Numbered from the stretch's first letter, positions 1 to 16,063 are shown. The stretch is DNA of 64,000 nucleotides from the human T2T-CHM13v2.0 reference genome, Homo sapiens (GCF_009914755.1 NC_060926.1), one strand, 5' to 3'. Translations and numbers: made by a program. Notes: generated by a model not told the origin, from the letters alone.

Positions 1-2049
1 CTTAATCTCTCACCCCTGAGAGGCTAAAAACATGTCTGCGAAATGGAACTGGAGATCATGCATTTTAACCAGCATTTTAATAACTTTATTGCTCATATTA
101 AGAAAAACTCCATTGATATGCAGATTGTGTCAATACTTCTTTTGCTAAAAGTTGTGAACACTTTGGCAATCACAAATGAAAGCATTAAGACAGAGAAGAT
201 GTGAAGCAGGAACTCTCCTGATTATATGTCATTCTATTTCTAACATCTGTAAGTATCTTACATACTGAGCATTATGAATGCCTTTGAAGGCTCTGCAAAT
301 AATTTTCCAAACTCCATGAGAAGGGAGAGTGTCAGGGAGAGGGTTTGAGGCTGGAGTCCGGAGCTTCTGCCTGTCTCTGACAGTAGTACACCTTATTAAC
401 ACATATGGGCCAAACAACAAATTATTTAACTTACGGTTAAAAAGCATAAGAGACTACTTTACAAAAAACAATGTATGTAGTAGTTAATAAAACTTCAAAT
501 AATGTTTACCGCATACTGTTGTGGAATAGCTATTCAGATCAAGTTAAAAATTGAAATACAAAAACAAACCAGAGAGAGAAAGAGAGAGAGAGACAGGAAA
601 AACCCATCCATTGAATCTCCAGCATTCCTGCATGGAGTTTAGTAAGGAAAGAGCACATGTCGCAAAGCAAAGACATTGCAGTTCCAACAACAAAAGTGAA
701 ACATCTTATTTACAAAAGACCCCTTTCCGGCTGTTGTGAGTGAACCTGTGTTTGTGAGAAGCAGCGAAGAAGCTCTAAAGCCCACACTTTTCTCCCCTTA
801 AACGGTCATCACAGCATCGAAGTTCCAAAAGGGGACACCTATTACAGGCCTCTAATGATTATTTTTTTAAGTGCACTTTACACGTCCTCCCACAGCCCTA
901 GTGCTGCGCTGGAAAGATGATCCCTTTCCTGCCTGTCAGCCACAGGTACAGAATGCCCCTTGTCCAGACCCAGGAGAAACAACAGGAGCTGTTGAACTCT
1001 TTGCCTTGAGTCTTCCCTGAGAGAATGCGCCAGGCTTTGTCTTCCTTGGGACAAAGCTCCTCTCTCCCAGGGGGCCGGGGTGCCACCAAACCATGGCATG
1101 GATTTAGACTCCATGGGATTGGAGTTCATTCAGAAAATTGGTTTTAGGAGCCTTATCTAACATTTCCAAGCAAGAACCCCAAAGGTCATCCTGCCCTTCT
1201 GTAGGGAGCCCAAGTTGTAGAAACAATCCCAGAGGAGAAACATGTTTTCTAACTTCTGTGACTGCATTGTGGGAGGCACTGCTCACTGTACACCCGGCAC
1301 ATGAGGGTAATTAGGTGATCCTCTTACTTGTAACCCAAAGAAGAGAGTGAATTAATGAATAATACATACACAGAGTTCCTTTCGTCTTAAATGTGTTTTT
1401 ACAAAGAGGATAGTACTTACACAGATTTAAAGAAACTACCTATGGGATTTTAAAGATAAGTAAAGTTGTGTATTACTTCCCAAATGTGGGAAAATTTGGA
1501 TGGAATTAAGACCTCAAAACTATTGGTGCAATGCAATGTGTCACCTCTCAGTAGAAGAAAAATGTGACTAGAAATAAGAAAGACAGAAGGCTTTCTCATG
1601 TAGTAATTTTTTAAAAGTACATTTTCTTTAGTATCCTTACAAGATTCCTAACTTTTTAAGACCATATTCTTTCTTCAGGTATTCATCTTGCAGATATTTG
1701 CATGTTTTAACATAGGTATCTCCACCTATTAAAATAATAGGATGTATTTTTTCTTAAGCTTTGCTGTGATTAAATGCAAGAGTCACCTATTTTAAATCAG
1801 GTTTAAAAACCAAGAGTAGGTGTCCTCAGAAATCACAAATTCTGGGGTATAATGAAATTGAAGTTGTAACATTGCCTCCTAAAAGTTGTTTCTGAAAAAG
1901 GCGGAACTTCCAAAGCATTTCTCCTGCAAATGTTTTCTATCATAGGCCTTTCTTTGAGGAGTAAAGGAAGTATTCTCACCCATGCCTCTGGAAATGAAAG
2001 CTGAAACTCCTGAAAGGTTCCCTGATGCTTCCTTTCATGTTTCTCTCAG

Positions 2050-2150
2050 GAAGCATTGACTTGAGCACCTCCTCTGTTCATGCCACTGTTCTATTAATAC
2101 TTGCTACAAAGACAGAGATGAAATGGGTAGCTCTCCAAATACAGAGAAAA
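2050..2150 (-). mobile_element. L2 3'-end relic
   Basis: ttgagcacctcctctgttcatgccactgttcta resembles the reverse-complement L2 terminus (ttgagcacctactatgtgccaggcactgttcta). Confidence 0.45.
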
Positions 2151-3303
2151 ATATGCAGAGAAGAGTTTACGGATTTATTTTAACCACTTGCCAGACACTT
2201 TTAAACACGTCCTGTAGAACAGGCTGGGAAATTATTTTTAAGGTCGCTTGACAAACGAAGAAACTGAGGGAAAGCCATTAGATACCTAACATTCACAGAA
2301 TCCATTCTGCAAAGCTTGGAATCCAGATGGGCTACAGTTGCAGGTTCTTTCTAGACAGTAGCCTGCTTCGAGGTTAAAAAAAAAAAAGAAAAAAAACGAA
2401 GCCTGCCTGACTTCTTGAGCCATTAATTAATCCCTTTCCTTTGCAAGGTGGTCCTTCTACGGTCTCCAGCAGTTCAAATGCTTCCCGGAAGAGGCAGGCG
2501 CTTATCTTTCCTATGGTGCTACAAAGCTCTCACAGCAGTGCCAAAGTCCAGTTCTCCCATAAAAGCACCAATGTAGAAAGCAAACCTTTAAACAGCTTCC
2601 AACCCAACGTGAAAGAAAAAATAACCTTATTCTTACTCCTCCCCCCATTTCCTCTCCAACTGAGCTTCTCACTGCAAGCCTGTTAGGTTCTCATTCTATT
2701 TCTCCTCTTCATTGTTTTCCCCGGTGCTCCTGCGTGTGCGCACGTGTGTGTGTACATATACATTAGTATCCTCCCACATCCCAAATACCAAGCCCTTCCT
2801 TCCCCTCATTGAAGGACTTTTTTGAATTCTGATTCAAGCAGGAAGCTTACCCAGACCAGGCCACCCGACGAGACTTTCTATTTTTACTCCGACTTTTGTT
2901 ATACCATTAGACCCTATGATCTATTTCAACTTTCAAAACCTATTTCAAAATAAATAGGATCCCCTCATGCCCCACCATAAAGGTTGTGAGAAATCATAAA
3001 ATATAGGTAATGGAATTAGAGTAACAAGTTAACATGTAAGATCACTTAACATTTCAGATGATGTGTGTATGTTTTTGGGTGTCTGTGTGTGTGTATAAAA
3101 TGTATGGGTGTATATATAATGGGTGTATATGTAATTTTATAATACACATATAAAATGCCATCACATGCTACATAAATATGAGCTGTGTCAACTGCATCAG
3201 GCAAGAGCCCCCTCTGATAGTGCACAGCTTACAGGGCAGTCAGTAGATGTGGCTTTGTCATTCTTTGTGGTTTACTGTGGGGTGAATTGAAAATAATCTT
3301 GAA

Positions 3304-3611
<308 letters not shown>

Positions 3612-5624
3612 TCGAAATACAAGTAATTGGCTTGTTAAAAAAAAAAAAAGACAACTATGTATCAATAACACTAGCAAAGAAATCAACCTACTTAAGGTAA
3701 TCTATGCAATTTTGGAAGAAAACTTGTATGAGGAAAATCTCAGGGCGACTGACCCACAGCCCTGGACCGCTCACTCAGCTATGAGATTTTCATGCACAGA
3801 GAATAAACTGTCGTACTTAAGCCGTAGTATTTTTGGATCTCTTTATGACAATAGCTCAGCCAGTATCTTAACTAACATAGAAATTGGTCCCTGGATGGAA
3901 GGTGCTGCTATAACAGAAATGAAACTAAAATAAGTGACTTCAGTGTACTAGTTACATGGAAGTGAGTGTAAACATGAACTTGGCACACTGGTGAATCAGT
4001 GTTGCCTAAATATGACAAAATATTATCAAATTAAGAGAATATCAAAAAAGTCAAACTGGCATCTAAAGTAACTCAAAATACTGAAAATGTATCCCTAAGA
4101 AAGAATTGGGGAAATTCAGAATATAGGTATGTTCCTTAATTTTGTTACTAATAATGGTCAAAGAGAGAGATACGTGTTCAGGTTAAAACATGTTAATCTT
4201 CAAGCAGAGATTAATAAAGTGAAGAGAGCACTCTTCAATGTTATTGTTCTGCCCAACAGCCTAAGTGGATTGAGAGTTCAGAAATCAGGGTGTCTAGAGG
4301 GTATAAGAGAAGCACATTGGTATTTGCCCAAGACCAACTGCGTCTCAGATGTTGTTGCAGGAAGTGTGGATACATAGTTAACTTCTGCAATTAATCTTTA
4401 CCTCCATTTCCTTCACCTTGATAATAAGGATAATAATGTTTATTTTATAAATCATTGTCAAGTTTAAATAATGTAAAGAATACTGTACCGCCCTTGGAAT
4501 AGGTAGAATCCCCCCAAAAATGTAACTGATTTGTTCCCATATTCTGCTTTCCCAGGCCCTGCGTTGCTCCTGTACTTCTAGCACATGTGTCTGCCCCTGA
4601 GACCCAATGCATTTGCACAATCTGTGCCTCTGCTTCTAGACGGACCTAACTGGAACCACGTGCTCCTGTGCATTCAATGGCGCATCGGGTATGGCTGCCT
4701 GTCACTTATCCCCAGAATCCTTGTTCTATGTCCTCTCTGTCCTCACCATGTACTTTGCCTTCCCACTTTGCAGAGTCTCCCAGCCCTGTTGCTGTCCTTG
4801 TCATCTTCCACAGGTGGCCCTGTTCTCTGCACTGTGTGCCTGGCCTGGGGGACTGTGCATCCCCCTCTCCTGACCATTTATGGAAAGGAGCACCTGTTCC
4901 TCCCAATAGGACCTGCCCAATTTCAGTTCCTTGAGCTTTCCTGGTTGGGCTGATCTGCATTTCCACAAAGTGTTTTTCTGAGACATGGGCCTCAGCTCAT
5001 GCGAAGGGTTTTCAGCATAAAGAATACTGGTCGGGTCCATCTGGTAGCATTGCATATTCAAGGTTCTGCATGATTTGAATGAAACATGAAACAATAAATT
5101 CATCCACTGCCTAGAAACATCTGGTCTCTTTTAATAAACTCCTACCACTTGGCTGTCTGAAACAAGACTATTTGTATCCAACATGTATGCTGAGAGTTCT
5201 TTTATTTTTTTCCCTCTCTCCAGCTGCAAAGCCACATGAGAAGTAAACATGCTCTTTCATGTTATTCTCCATTGAATATGATCTGAAAGTACTTCCCAAC
5301 TTCCTGAATAGACTCAGAATGTTCAAGGAACTTCTCACAGATTTGTATCAAAAACCTATAATACATGAAACGTGAGACTTCCCTCAAAATACTGCCTTTT
5401 GACAAGTGTCAAAGAGAAAATAAATCCTATAGATTGTGACCCTGAATTGTCATTAAATTTGTGTTTACTGCCTGGTTTCCTCAGTTTCCAAGTTGAGTAC
5501 GCTCAGGTAAAAGGCATTGAAAGTGGTAAGTCTTCTTCCATCTAACAACATGTTAAGTATTTGGAGATAGATGCAAATTATCACCTCGGACTTCAAATGT
5601 TCCATTGTAATATTTTTATTAAAT

Positions 5625-5780
5625 GTGACAGTTTTCAAAGCATGTTCAGATACTTTATCTCATTTTGTTCTCTTGATAAACCTCTAAAATAAGAAGGGAA
5701 GATACTATCCTCTCTGCTTTGGAGAAGAGAAAATTGAAGTGCAAAACATGAAATAGCCATGACTTCTAGCTAAGATGGCA
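5625..5780 (-). mobile_element. MIR relic
   Basis: ttatctcattttgttctc...gaagagaaaattgaagtgc resembles the reverse-complement MIR core. Confidence 0.45.
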
Positions 5781-6127
5781 CCAGGAGTCCACCTCTTGAC
5801 CAATACCTCTGCTTGAAGCACTCGGCATTAGCAGGTAAAGTATTAGCAGAGATTCCAATAAGACATAGCTTTACTCTACAATCATGCCTCCTGCATTCTC
5901 ATGAGCCAGATAGAAAATTCAACAAGAGGCCCATGGAGCTGGAACTGGATGGCCACTGAGTGGGGAAGAAAGTCAGCCGCAGCATGTGAACCCCTGGGCT
6001 TTCCCTTCCATGCTCATGCCTTAATGTCAGATGCTGGGAGAAGTTTTTCTTTATCTTAAAAGGAACCTGAAAACCAAAATGACTGGCAACTGCACCTTTA
6101 CCAATGGCTTCTAAAAATGTGTCTGGG

Positions 6128-7489
6128 CATATACCAATGGAACAGAATAGAGAACTCAGAAATAAGACCACATACCTACAACTAACTGATTTTCAACAAA
6201 CCTGACAACAAGAAGCAATGGGGAAAGGATTCCTTATTCAATAAATGATGCCGGGATAACTGAACAACCATATGCAGAGAATTGAAACTGGACCCCTTCC
6301 TTATACCATATACACAAATTAAATCAAGATGGATGAAAGACTTAAATGTAAAACCCAAAACTATTAAAACCCTAAAAGACAACCTAGGTAATACCATTCG
6401 GGACACAGGCACAGGCAAAGATTTCATGACGAAGACACCAAAAGCAATTGCAGCAGAAGCAAAACTTGACAAATAGGATCTGATTAAACTAAAGAGCTTC
6501 TGCACAGCAAAAGAAACAGAGTAAACAGACAAGCTACAGAATAGGAGAAAATTTTTGCAAACTATGTACCCCACACAGGTTTAATATCCTGCATCATAAG
6601 AGACTTAAACAAATTCATGAGAAAAAGAAACAAGCAATCCCATTAAAAAGCGGGCAAAGGCCATGAACACACAATTTTCAAAAGAAGACATACATGTGGC
6701 CAACAATCACATGAAAAAAAGCTCAACATCACTCATCATTAGAGAAATGCAAATCAAAACCACAACGCGATACCATCTAACACCAGACAAAAATGGCTAT
6801 TACTTAAAAGTCAAAAAACAACAGATGCTGGCAAGGTTGTGGATAAAAAGGAATCCTTTTACAGTGTTGCTAGGAGTGTAATTTAGTTCAGCCATGTGGA
6901 TGACAGTGTGGCAATTTCTCAAAGACCTAAAGACAGAAATATTAATAACATTCAATCCGACAATCCCATTACTGGGTATATACCCAAAGGAATAGAAATT
7001 GTTCTGCTCCAAAGACACATGCATGCATATGTTCATTGCAGCACTATTCACAATAGCAAAGACATGGAATCAACGGAAATGCCCATCAATGATAGACTGG
7101 ATGAAGAAAATGGATACATATACACTATAAAATACTATGCAGCCATAAAAAAAAAAAACAAGATTATGTCCTTTGCAGGAACATGGATGGAGCTGGAGGC
7201 CATTACCCTTAACAAATTAACATAGGAACAGAAAACCAAATACTGTATGTTCTCACTTATAAGTGGGAGCTAAATGATGTGAACACATGGACACAATGGG
7301 GGGACAACACATATTGGAGACCTTTGGAGGGTGAAAGGTGGGAGGAGGGAGAGGATCAGCAAAAATAACTAATGGGTATTAGGCTTAATACCTGGGTGAT
7401 GAAATAGTCTACACAACAAACCTCCATGACACACGTTTGCCTATGTAACAAACCTACACTGGTACCCCTGAACTTAAAATAAAAGTTTA
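6128..7489 (+). mobile_element. 5'-truncated L1PA (about L1PA10-16): ORF2 C-terminus and 3'UTR
   Basis: ORF2 peptides ([30 protein letters not shown]; [30 protein letters not shown]; IMSFAGTWMELEAI), L1PA 3'UTR, and perfect 15-bp TSD aaaaatgtgtctggg at 6113-6127 and 7490-7504. Confidence 0.95.
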
Positions 7490-7907
7490 AAAAATGTGTC
7501 TGGGGGTAAGGAGGACACAGGAGATTCCAGTGGCAAGGAGCTGAGCCAAGATTCCCACCAGCTCAATGTCATAGATCAATGATGTCCCAATAGCACTCCA
7601 CAGCACATTCCCAAACCACAATGTAAGATGTGGTTCTGGACTGGGAGACACAGAAGGCCAGATGGAGGCAATGGAAACTTTGTAGACAGGAAGGAATAAT
7701 CACAAAGAGATGGATAAAAAGAGAAGTAAAATCTACTCTAAGTGATCCCACAGACCAAATTATCAAAACCAAATGAAAATGATTAAATGTGGAGAAATAT
7801 GAAGCAAATCAGTTAAGAATTTTATTTTCCATGGAGTCCATGTTGTAAGAAGACTATGACCTCAGTGTAAATATGGAGAGCATGTTCAAAATGGTGCTCA
7901 ACTTTCA

Positions 7908-8257
<350 letters not shown>

Positions 8258-8351
8258 TTACTAGATTATCAGTGACTATGTCAAAAAAAGCCAATTACAA
8301 TTTGGGAAAGAAAAACATAGACATTAAAAGTTTTTTTAAAAGTATTAGGTG

Positions 8352-8628
8352 GCGCTGGGTGCGGTGGCTCACGCCTGGAATCCCAGCACTTTGGGAGGCC
8401 AAGGCGGGTGGATCACCTGAGGTTGGGAGTTCCAGACCAGCCTGACCAGCATGGAGAAACCCCTTCTCTACTAAAAATACAAAATTAGCTGGGCGTGGTG
8501 GCAGATGCCTATAATCCTAGCTACTCGGGAGGCTGAGGCAGGAGAGTCGCTTGAACCAGGTGACGGAGGTTGCCGTGTCCAGCCTGGGCAACAAGAGCAA
8601 AACCCCACCTCAAAAAAAAAAAAAAAAA
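8352..8628 (+). mobile_element. AluSp with a ~22-bp deletion in the right arm
   Basis: Sp motifs; gaggttgccgtg joined directly to tccagcc; TSD aaaagtattaggtg on both sides. Confidence 0.9.
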
Positions 8629-8679
8629 GTATTAGGTGATGTCTTAGAAGAAATATAGATGTTGTATATATATCACCTG

Positions 8680-9610
8680 CTGAGGTCCGGCCAGAAGTGG
8701 GGAGGTCTCCGGTTCTCTCCTTAGTTATCACAAGGGGAAAGCGATGTGTGTACTGGGCCCCGTGCTAGAAGAAGGCTCTGGGGAAGAATCCACTTTCAGG
8801 CATACTCAGGTTGTTTGTGGCATTCAGTTTCTTATTGCCAGTGATCTGAGGTCCTTATTTCCACACCGGCTGTCAGCCAGGGCCACTCTCAGTTCACAGA
8901 GAGTGCTGTACCCTCCACGCCCTCCACGTGGTCTGTTCCATCTTCAAAGCCCACAGTGGTCCACCAGATTCACTTCACACTTTGATATGGTTTGGATCTG
9001 CGTCTCTGCAGAAATCTCATGTCAAAACGTAATCCCCAGCGCTGGAAGTGGGGCCTGGAGGGGGGAATTGCGTCCTGGGGGCGTTTTCTCACGGTTTAGC
9101 ACTATCTCCTCGGTGGTGTCGTCAGGATAGTGAGTTCTCATGAGGTCTGGTTGTTTAGAAGTGTGTGGCACATTCCCTCTCTCTTTCTGGCTCCTGCTGC
9201 TGCCATGTGAGATGGGACTTCTTTCCCTTTGCTTTTCCCCATGGTTCTAAGTTTCCTCAGGCCTCCCCAGAAGCGGAAGACACCGTGCTTCCTGTAGAAC
9301 CTGCAGAACCATAAGCCAGTTAAACATCTTTTCTCTATAAATTACCCAGTCTCAGGTATTTCTTTATAGCGATGTGAGAATGGACTACTATACCCTTCTA
9401 CTCCCTCTGACCTCTTTTTCACTAAGAACTGGAGTAACTATCTTTAAAGGGTTTGTGTGATTAGATGAGGCCCGCTCAGATACTCTCCCTTCGGCAGTAT
9501 AACGTACCCCACAACCGTGACATCTCATCATAGCCACATCACGCATGGCAGAGAGGATTTATAAGGGCCAGGGGTCAGTGTGGGGCATTCTCAGAATCCT
9601 GCCCACCACA
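8680..9610 (-). mobile_element. MLT1 (D/E-like) MaLR LTR split by an MSTA insertion
   Basis: gctctggggaagaatccact...cattcagtttc...ggctgtcagc on the left; ends ctcagaatcctgcccaccaca (reverse complement of the MLT1 start). Confidence 0.75.
8983..9392 (+). mobile_element. MSTA-like MaLR solo LTR nested in MLT1
   Basis: tgatatggtttggatctg...aaattacccagtctcaggtatttctttatagc...ggacta. Confidence 0.9.
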
Positions 9611-9619
9611 CAGGAGCCA

Positions 9620-11222
9620 CGCAGAAGGCCTGAGAGAGTTAGAGAATTCGCAAAATAGAATATGGGTCCAATGCGTCACCTGAGAAAGTAGCACAGAGAA
9701 ACTAAAAGTTTATTTTCTAATTAAGTGCTTTTGAAAGAAACTGAAGAACAAGTCTTCAATTTATTCTTCCAACAATTGAAGAATGTCTCCAACATTCATA
9801 AAATAGAAATCCCAGAAAAGAATGAAAGGAATATCAGAGGGTGATAAAGAAATAATTACGCATGTTTTCAATAATTCAAGAAAGTTATATTTTAGGTGCA
9901 CACAAGTACGATAAATAAAAATAAATTACCTCCAAAGGAGTGCAATTAGACAGATAGCCGACTTTCCATTAGGGATAATAGATATCGGTACAAAATGGAG
10001 AAACGTGCTTACTGAGCTGAAAGAGCTGCTGGCCTAGAATTGTGTATGCAATTAAACTAGCACACAAAAATAGTGGCATTTGGAAATGTCTAATTAAGGT
10101 GAAAGCTAAACAACCAACAAAGGAATAAACGTAACACAGAAAAGGAGAAATTGTGATCAAATAACTCTGGTGAAGAGTCACAAAATTATTTAAATATAAA
10201 ACTCAAACTATTTATATTAGCACTAGAGAAGATCATTTGATATTATAAAAGTTGAAATTGTAAAAGTAATGTAACTAACGAAAAGCATGAGGAATGGAGG
10301 TTGGAATTACTAATCAGATCATTAACTCTTTCACTTTCCCATCAGCTCTAAAATTCTAACATGAAGTTTAAAATGTAAGTACAAAACAAAGATATTTTTC
10401 AACATGTACCAGCTATGGAGTTTACCATCTTCTCTCTCTCCTCCCCACACTCACACTGTCACCAAAGGAACTGATGAAGAATGTATTTACATTTTCATAT
10501 AGAAAGTAAATCACTACAAAGGTATGGCAATAAAGAACAATAGTGGACACATAAATTAGATATGCATGTGTTCATTCATTTTTCAAAGGAAATGATTTTT
10601 TATTACAAAAGGCTGAAAATAAAACTACACAATAATGTCCTGGAAAGAGATTTTCAATGAGTATTTAAGGCAAGGTCATAAGGAAGGTAGAAATAGGGAC
10701 TAACATTAACCACAAGCAAAAAATGCAGTGAATTATGTATGTCAGTAATAAAAGGGTCAGTCTGAAAGAATGGAAGAGTTGTGTAGAGCAGGATAAAGGT
10801 GCTATAGAAACCATCAATACAGCAAAAGGTAGTAAAAAATAATAAAAATAGAAAACAAAAAGTAAGATAGTAGAAATAATCCAAGTATATCAGTCAATAG
10901 TAACAATAAATGTAATTGTCCAAAACTATTGAAAGACAGGTTATCAGGTTAGATTTATAAATGCCCAGCTATAAGCTAGACAAAATTAAAACACACACAA
11001 AAATGGTACATTATGCCTTATAACTAGGCAAATGTAAACGGGTGTGAAACTATTAATGATAGATAATTTTGAATAAAAATGAATACTATGTAATAATAAA
11101 TATTCTACCATCAAGAATATGTAAAAATCACAACTTTTATGTCCCTGATCATATAATGTCAAATATATAAAGCAAAAAAGAGACAAAATTAAGGGTAAAT
11201 TATAATCACAGAAAAGAACTTT
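9620..11222 (+). mobile_element. Ancient L1M fragments (ORF1 to ORF2 endonuclease region)
   Basis: A-rich strand with decayed L1 motifs (attagacagatagccgactt...cctagaattgtgtat; aataaatgtaa...gaaagacaggttatcag; aaatatataaagcaaaa). Confidence 0.6.
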
Positions 11223-11239
11223 AAGAGATCTATACCTGA

Positions 11240-11678
<439 letters not shown>

Positions 11679-12199
11679 TTAACATAAAGATGCCAACATA
11701 AGTACATAAAGGATGAAAAGAGTCTGAAGTGAAGGGTGATTTAGAGATGGAAAGATAAGAGTTGGCCGAAGTATTCAGCTTTACGGAGAGAAAGTGCCCC
11801 AGGTCTCCCACAGGCACTGACGGAGCTACAGTCTTAGGGAAAGCATCACATGGAATGAGGATCTTGCCAGGTTCCAGAAACGGAGCTGTTTACTCCTCAA
11901 TCTTAACTTTTGTATTATGTAAATTTTTATAAATGTAGTTTCTCCATTGCAAATATTTTATATTAGATAACCTTGTTTCTTTATGTCTCCCCTTTAATCA
12001 ATTACTATCTGGTAGTGATAAAATTTACAAAAATTGACTATAGACTAGGAATTCCCTATGAATCTCAAATAATCCGTATCATACAGACCCACCAAGTTCC
12101 TGGACCACAGGATAATTTAATCAGAAATGATTCTAAGAGCACAGGTAATGATAAGGCCAACATTAAGGACAGACAGTTACATGGAACTTCACAACAACC

Positions 12200-12370
12200 T
12201 GGCCACTCAGTCCTCACGGCGTCTCTGTGAGGCAGGTGCTGTTACTACTCCCATTTTACAGGGGACTAAACTGAAGCCCAAGGCTTAGCTTGCCTGGTGT
12301 GCCACAGCCACGAGGGGCTGGTGCTGGAGTCTTCCTTGGCATTCTGGCTCCACAAGGCGCGCTCACACCC
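12200..12370 (-). mobile_element. MIR
   Basis: tcctcacggcgtctctgtgaggcaggtgctgttactactcccattttacag...aaactgaagccca. Confidence 0.75.
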
Positions 12371-13034
12371 ACTAGCGCAGATCCAGCTTCACAGCGTGAG
12401 ACCTGTGTCAGTCACCGCATGAGGCCCAGAACGCAGATGGGCTAGTGCTTGGGGTTTAATGCTCACTGCTACTGCCTTCTAATTTTTGCTAATTTTGTCT
12501 GTGAATTTGTCTCGTAAGTGAAGTCAGATGGGACCACAGAGCTTACACTGGAGACTTGGGGCCTCAGTCTGTGTCCTGCTTCCTGCCACCTCTCTGGAAG
12601 GAGTTCTTGGCTTCCTAATGCTGGCCCGAATCCCTGACTCACTGGACCCTGCCAGTCCCCTCTCAGCCCCCGTTCAGCCATCATTGCTGCACTCTGCCCC
12701 TGGCTGGGACCTGGGCACTAGCCTCGTGGTGGCCTCCTCTCCCTGAGCTGGCAGTCACGGTAAGGCAGCGTGGTAGGGCAGCATGGGACCACCCTGCTCC
12801 GGGTCCTGAGTCTATTCTAGCGCAGAGGCTGCAACATCTTGAGGGTCCCTCATCTGTGGTGGTTGAGGCAGTGGACCCATGGGGAAGGAGACACCCAGCT
12901 CAATTCTTCAACGTTGACAAGGCACAGGGCAGGAGTTCCTGGCAGGAGGGAAACCAGCAGGCCACCTGCTACGCCATATGAATCCCAACTGGCAAGGTGG
13001 AGCCCTCAGGACCTCTGAGAGTCTGCACTTGCCC

Positions 13035-13275
13035 CAAAAGGTTTTCTTCTAAGGGAGTACAATATTAAACAGCAAATATAAAACTCCATGACAGGTCAAG
13101 AAAAACAATAGATAAAAAGATTTTATATGTATACAATACCTATAAATATAATGTATAAAAGATAATGTGTATATGTTATATATAAGTACTTCTATTTGCA
13201 ATTTTTCCTGGTTTTTAAGCAAGTCAGCCCCATTTTCATTTTGCACTGATATTTACAAGTTACATAAACCCTCCT
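13035..13275 (-). mobile_element. MER45B-like hAT DNA transposon
   Basis: cccattttcattttgcactg...ttacata terminus, plus attaaacagcaaatataaaactccatgacaggtcaag. Confidence 0.65.
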
Positions 13276-13344
13276 CACTATGCTACACTACAAAGGGCCC
13301 TAAAAGGCACTGAATTTTTTCCTTTTATGTTTTGAGCACCGCTT

Positions 13345-13500
13345 TTTCATTAAGACCACATTGAATGAGTCAAATTCCTCTATCGTACATCAGCCCTTGA
13401 AATATTTGAAGACAAAGAGCACTCTTTCTTGGAGTCCTCTCCTCTCCAGATGACACATTCATCTGCATTTCTTAAAATCATGTCATCTTTAGCCTGCTAT
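13345..13500 (-). mobile_element. L3/CR1 relic
   Basis: cagcccttgaaatatttgaagaca...tcctctcctctccag matches the reverse-complement L3 3' region. Confidence 0.6.
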
Positions 13501-13701
13501 AGATCACTCATGAACAAACTCTCTTTAGATAAGCTTTTTCAATCAGTTTGAGTTGCACCCAGGTATTTTAAAATCCATCAACGAAAGAGCCCAAGGTGTA
13601 CGAAGACCTATGCAAAATGTGGAGGGGCACACAGGCAAATCTTAGGAGTGGAGTTCACAGACACCAAGATTTAAACTAGAACTAACAAGGAGTGTTTTCA
13701 C

Positions 13702-14017
<316 letters not shown>

Positions 14018-16063
14018 GAGTGTTTTCACAATATACCGTGTCCCCAGATGGAATGGACCATGGCACAAAGTGATGCTTAGGCACAACAGCTGCTTATTAG
14101 GGATGCTCTCTCTGGGCAAGAACCACCCATCAGATCTGAATTCAATGGCCTTGAGCAGTCCTTTCAGCTCTGAGGTCTAGAAATACATGAAATTACTGTA
14201 AAATTACATCTTGATTAGTGGAGAGCATTAAACTAGAGCAAATTACATCAACCTGCCTTTAAGCAGCAATCATATCTAATGCTTGAAGACTGCTGTGTCT
14301 GTATTTCCTTCTGATTGTAAAAAAGTAGTTCAAAAACATCGATGAACAACAGAAAAAAGGTATTATTAAAATCTCTACAGGTCTAAGTTAAGAAGTGACA
14401 TGATTAGTTATGAGCACTGACCTGGTTCACACGACTAAGGAGTTAGAGGAAGACATTTTATAATCATTAAATTCTATTATATACCAACATTAATATCTTA
14501 GTCCCTAATTGGTAAATGCTGGAAATAAATACTTCTTTTCTGACCCTCCCCCAAAAACAGAAATCGTCATTTCGTTCTCAGACTGGTAGTTCTTAACAAG
14601 AAACCAAGACTACACTACACAACAAGAATGATGGTTTTTCTGGCAATGTGAGTTTATAATAAAAGAAAGCTTAGAAAAAAAGTCAGGCCTGCATGCTTCA
14701 GAACACAAAAATCTGGTTAACGTTGGTTGACACAGAGAAATTATCTAACAAGGATTCCCTGGAGAACATTTATAATAGAACCATGGTAAGTGAGATCTTT
14801 TCAGGACCTTTTAGATACCAAATACACAAATTAAAATTATTGTAGGATTCTGTAACGCTAGGAACCTTTTTTTTTTTAAGTGCTTGAAGAAGGTTGGTTG
14901 GGAGAAAAGTATACACAATTTTTCTAACTGGGGGCTACTTCCTTAAGAGTCACCGTTCATATGGCATTTCATTATCTTAGTATATCCTGGTGTGTGTTCC
15001 AAGTTTTGATCCGATAATGACTTTGCATCAATTATCATGCAAATTCCATGAACTGAAATGTACAAAGCACAAGTAGGCCCTGCACAAAGCTGGCTGTGTC
15101 AAATGGTTTGCATAAATGCTTAGTGTCATTAGCAGGGTCTCTCCCTCTTCCTGATCCATTCCCAGAACCCCTATTCCTTTTAAATCTTCTTTTAAAGTGA
15201 TCTCATCCTGATCTAATGATGCTGATTCACAGACAGGATGAGGTAATGCACTTAAGATAATGCATCATCGTGGTGGCTCACACAAGTGTAAATATTAAGT
15301 AGGGTTTCAGTACAGCATTTACTTTTACTGTAACATGAAACTGCAAACTAATATTACAGTGCAGTAGCCAGCACAATGCCACACTGATAAGGTTGTGCAC
15401 AGCATGAAGAAATATAAGATATGATGTCGTTTCCTCTTCCATACTACAGGATGTCACCTAGTTTTACAGCTTTCTCGTCAAGAAAAAAAGGAAAATCACA
15501 TTTTTACGTAGTAACTTAAACTTTTTTAGTTATAAAAACAATGTGTCAATCTGCATGATCCAGACAATTTTGTTGTTAGTTGTTCATCCTTATAAGCAAA
15601 AAAGGTTTGAGTTTGTGAATAAATATATATTAGAAGTACTTTTGAAACATATGACTATAGAATGAATTGTGAAACTAAACTTGGCAGTAGAAGCCAGACA
15701 CTTAGAGAAGCCAAATGGTGGTCTTTACACTTGCATTAAGACTGTGTTGTGTATATTCATCTAGCAAATCTTTATTATCACTACAATTTTATGTACACAT
15801 ATATGTGTATATATACACACATGTGCATGTAAATACATGTGTATATATGTATAAAGACATATACATGTGTGTATTTATACTCAATGTGCCTTCTTAAAAT
15901 ATATAAATATGGATTGTAATGGAAAGAAGAGAAAATCCAGGCAAATGGACAAGATCATGAACTTGGACATTAAAGCTGGAAGGTGCCTGAGAAGTTACCT
16001 TGTCTAGCATCCTTGTTTCATGGGTGATGGCATTTGGACATAGGGATGATAAATGAAGGGCAG

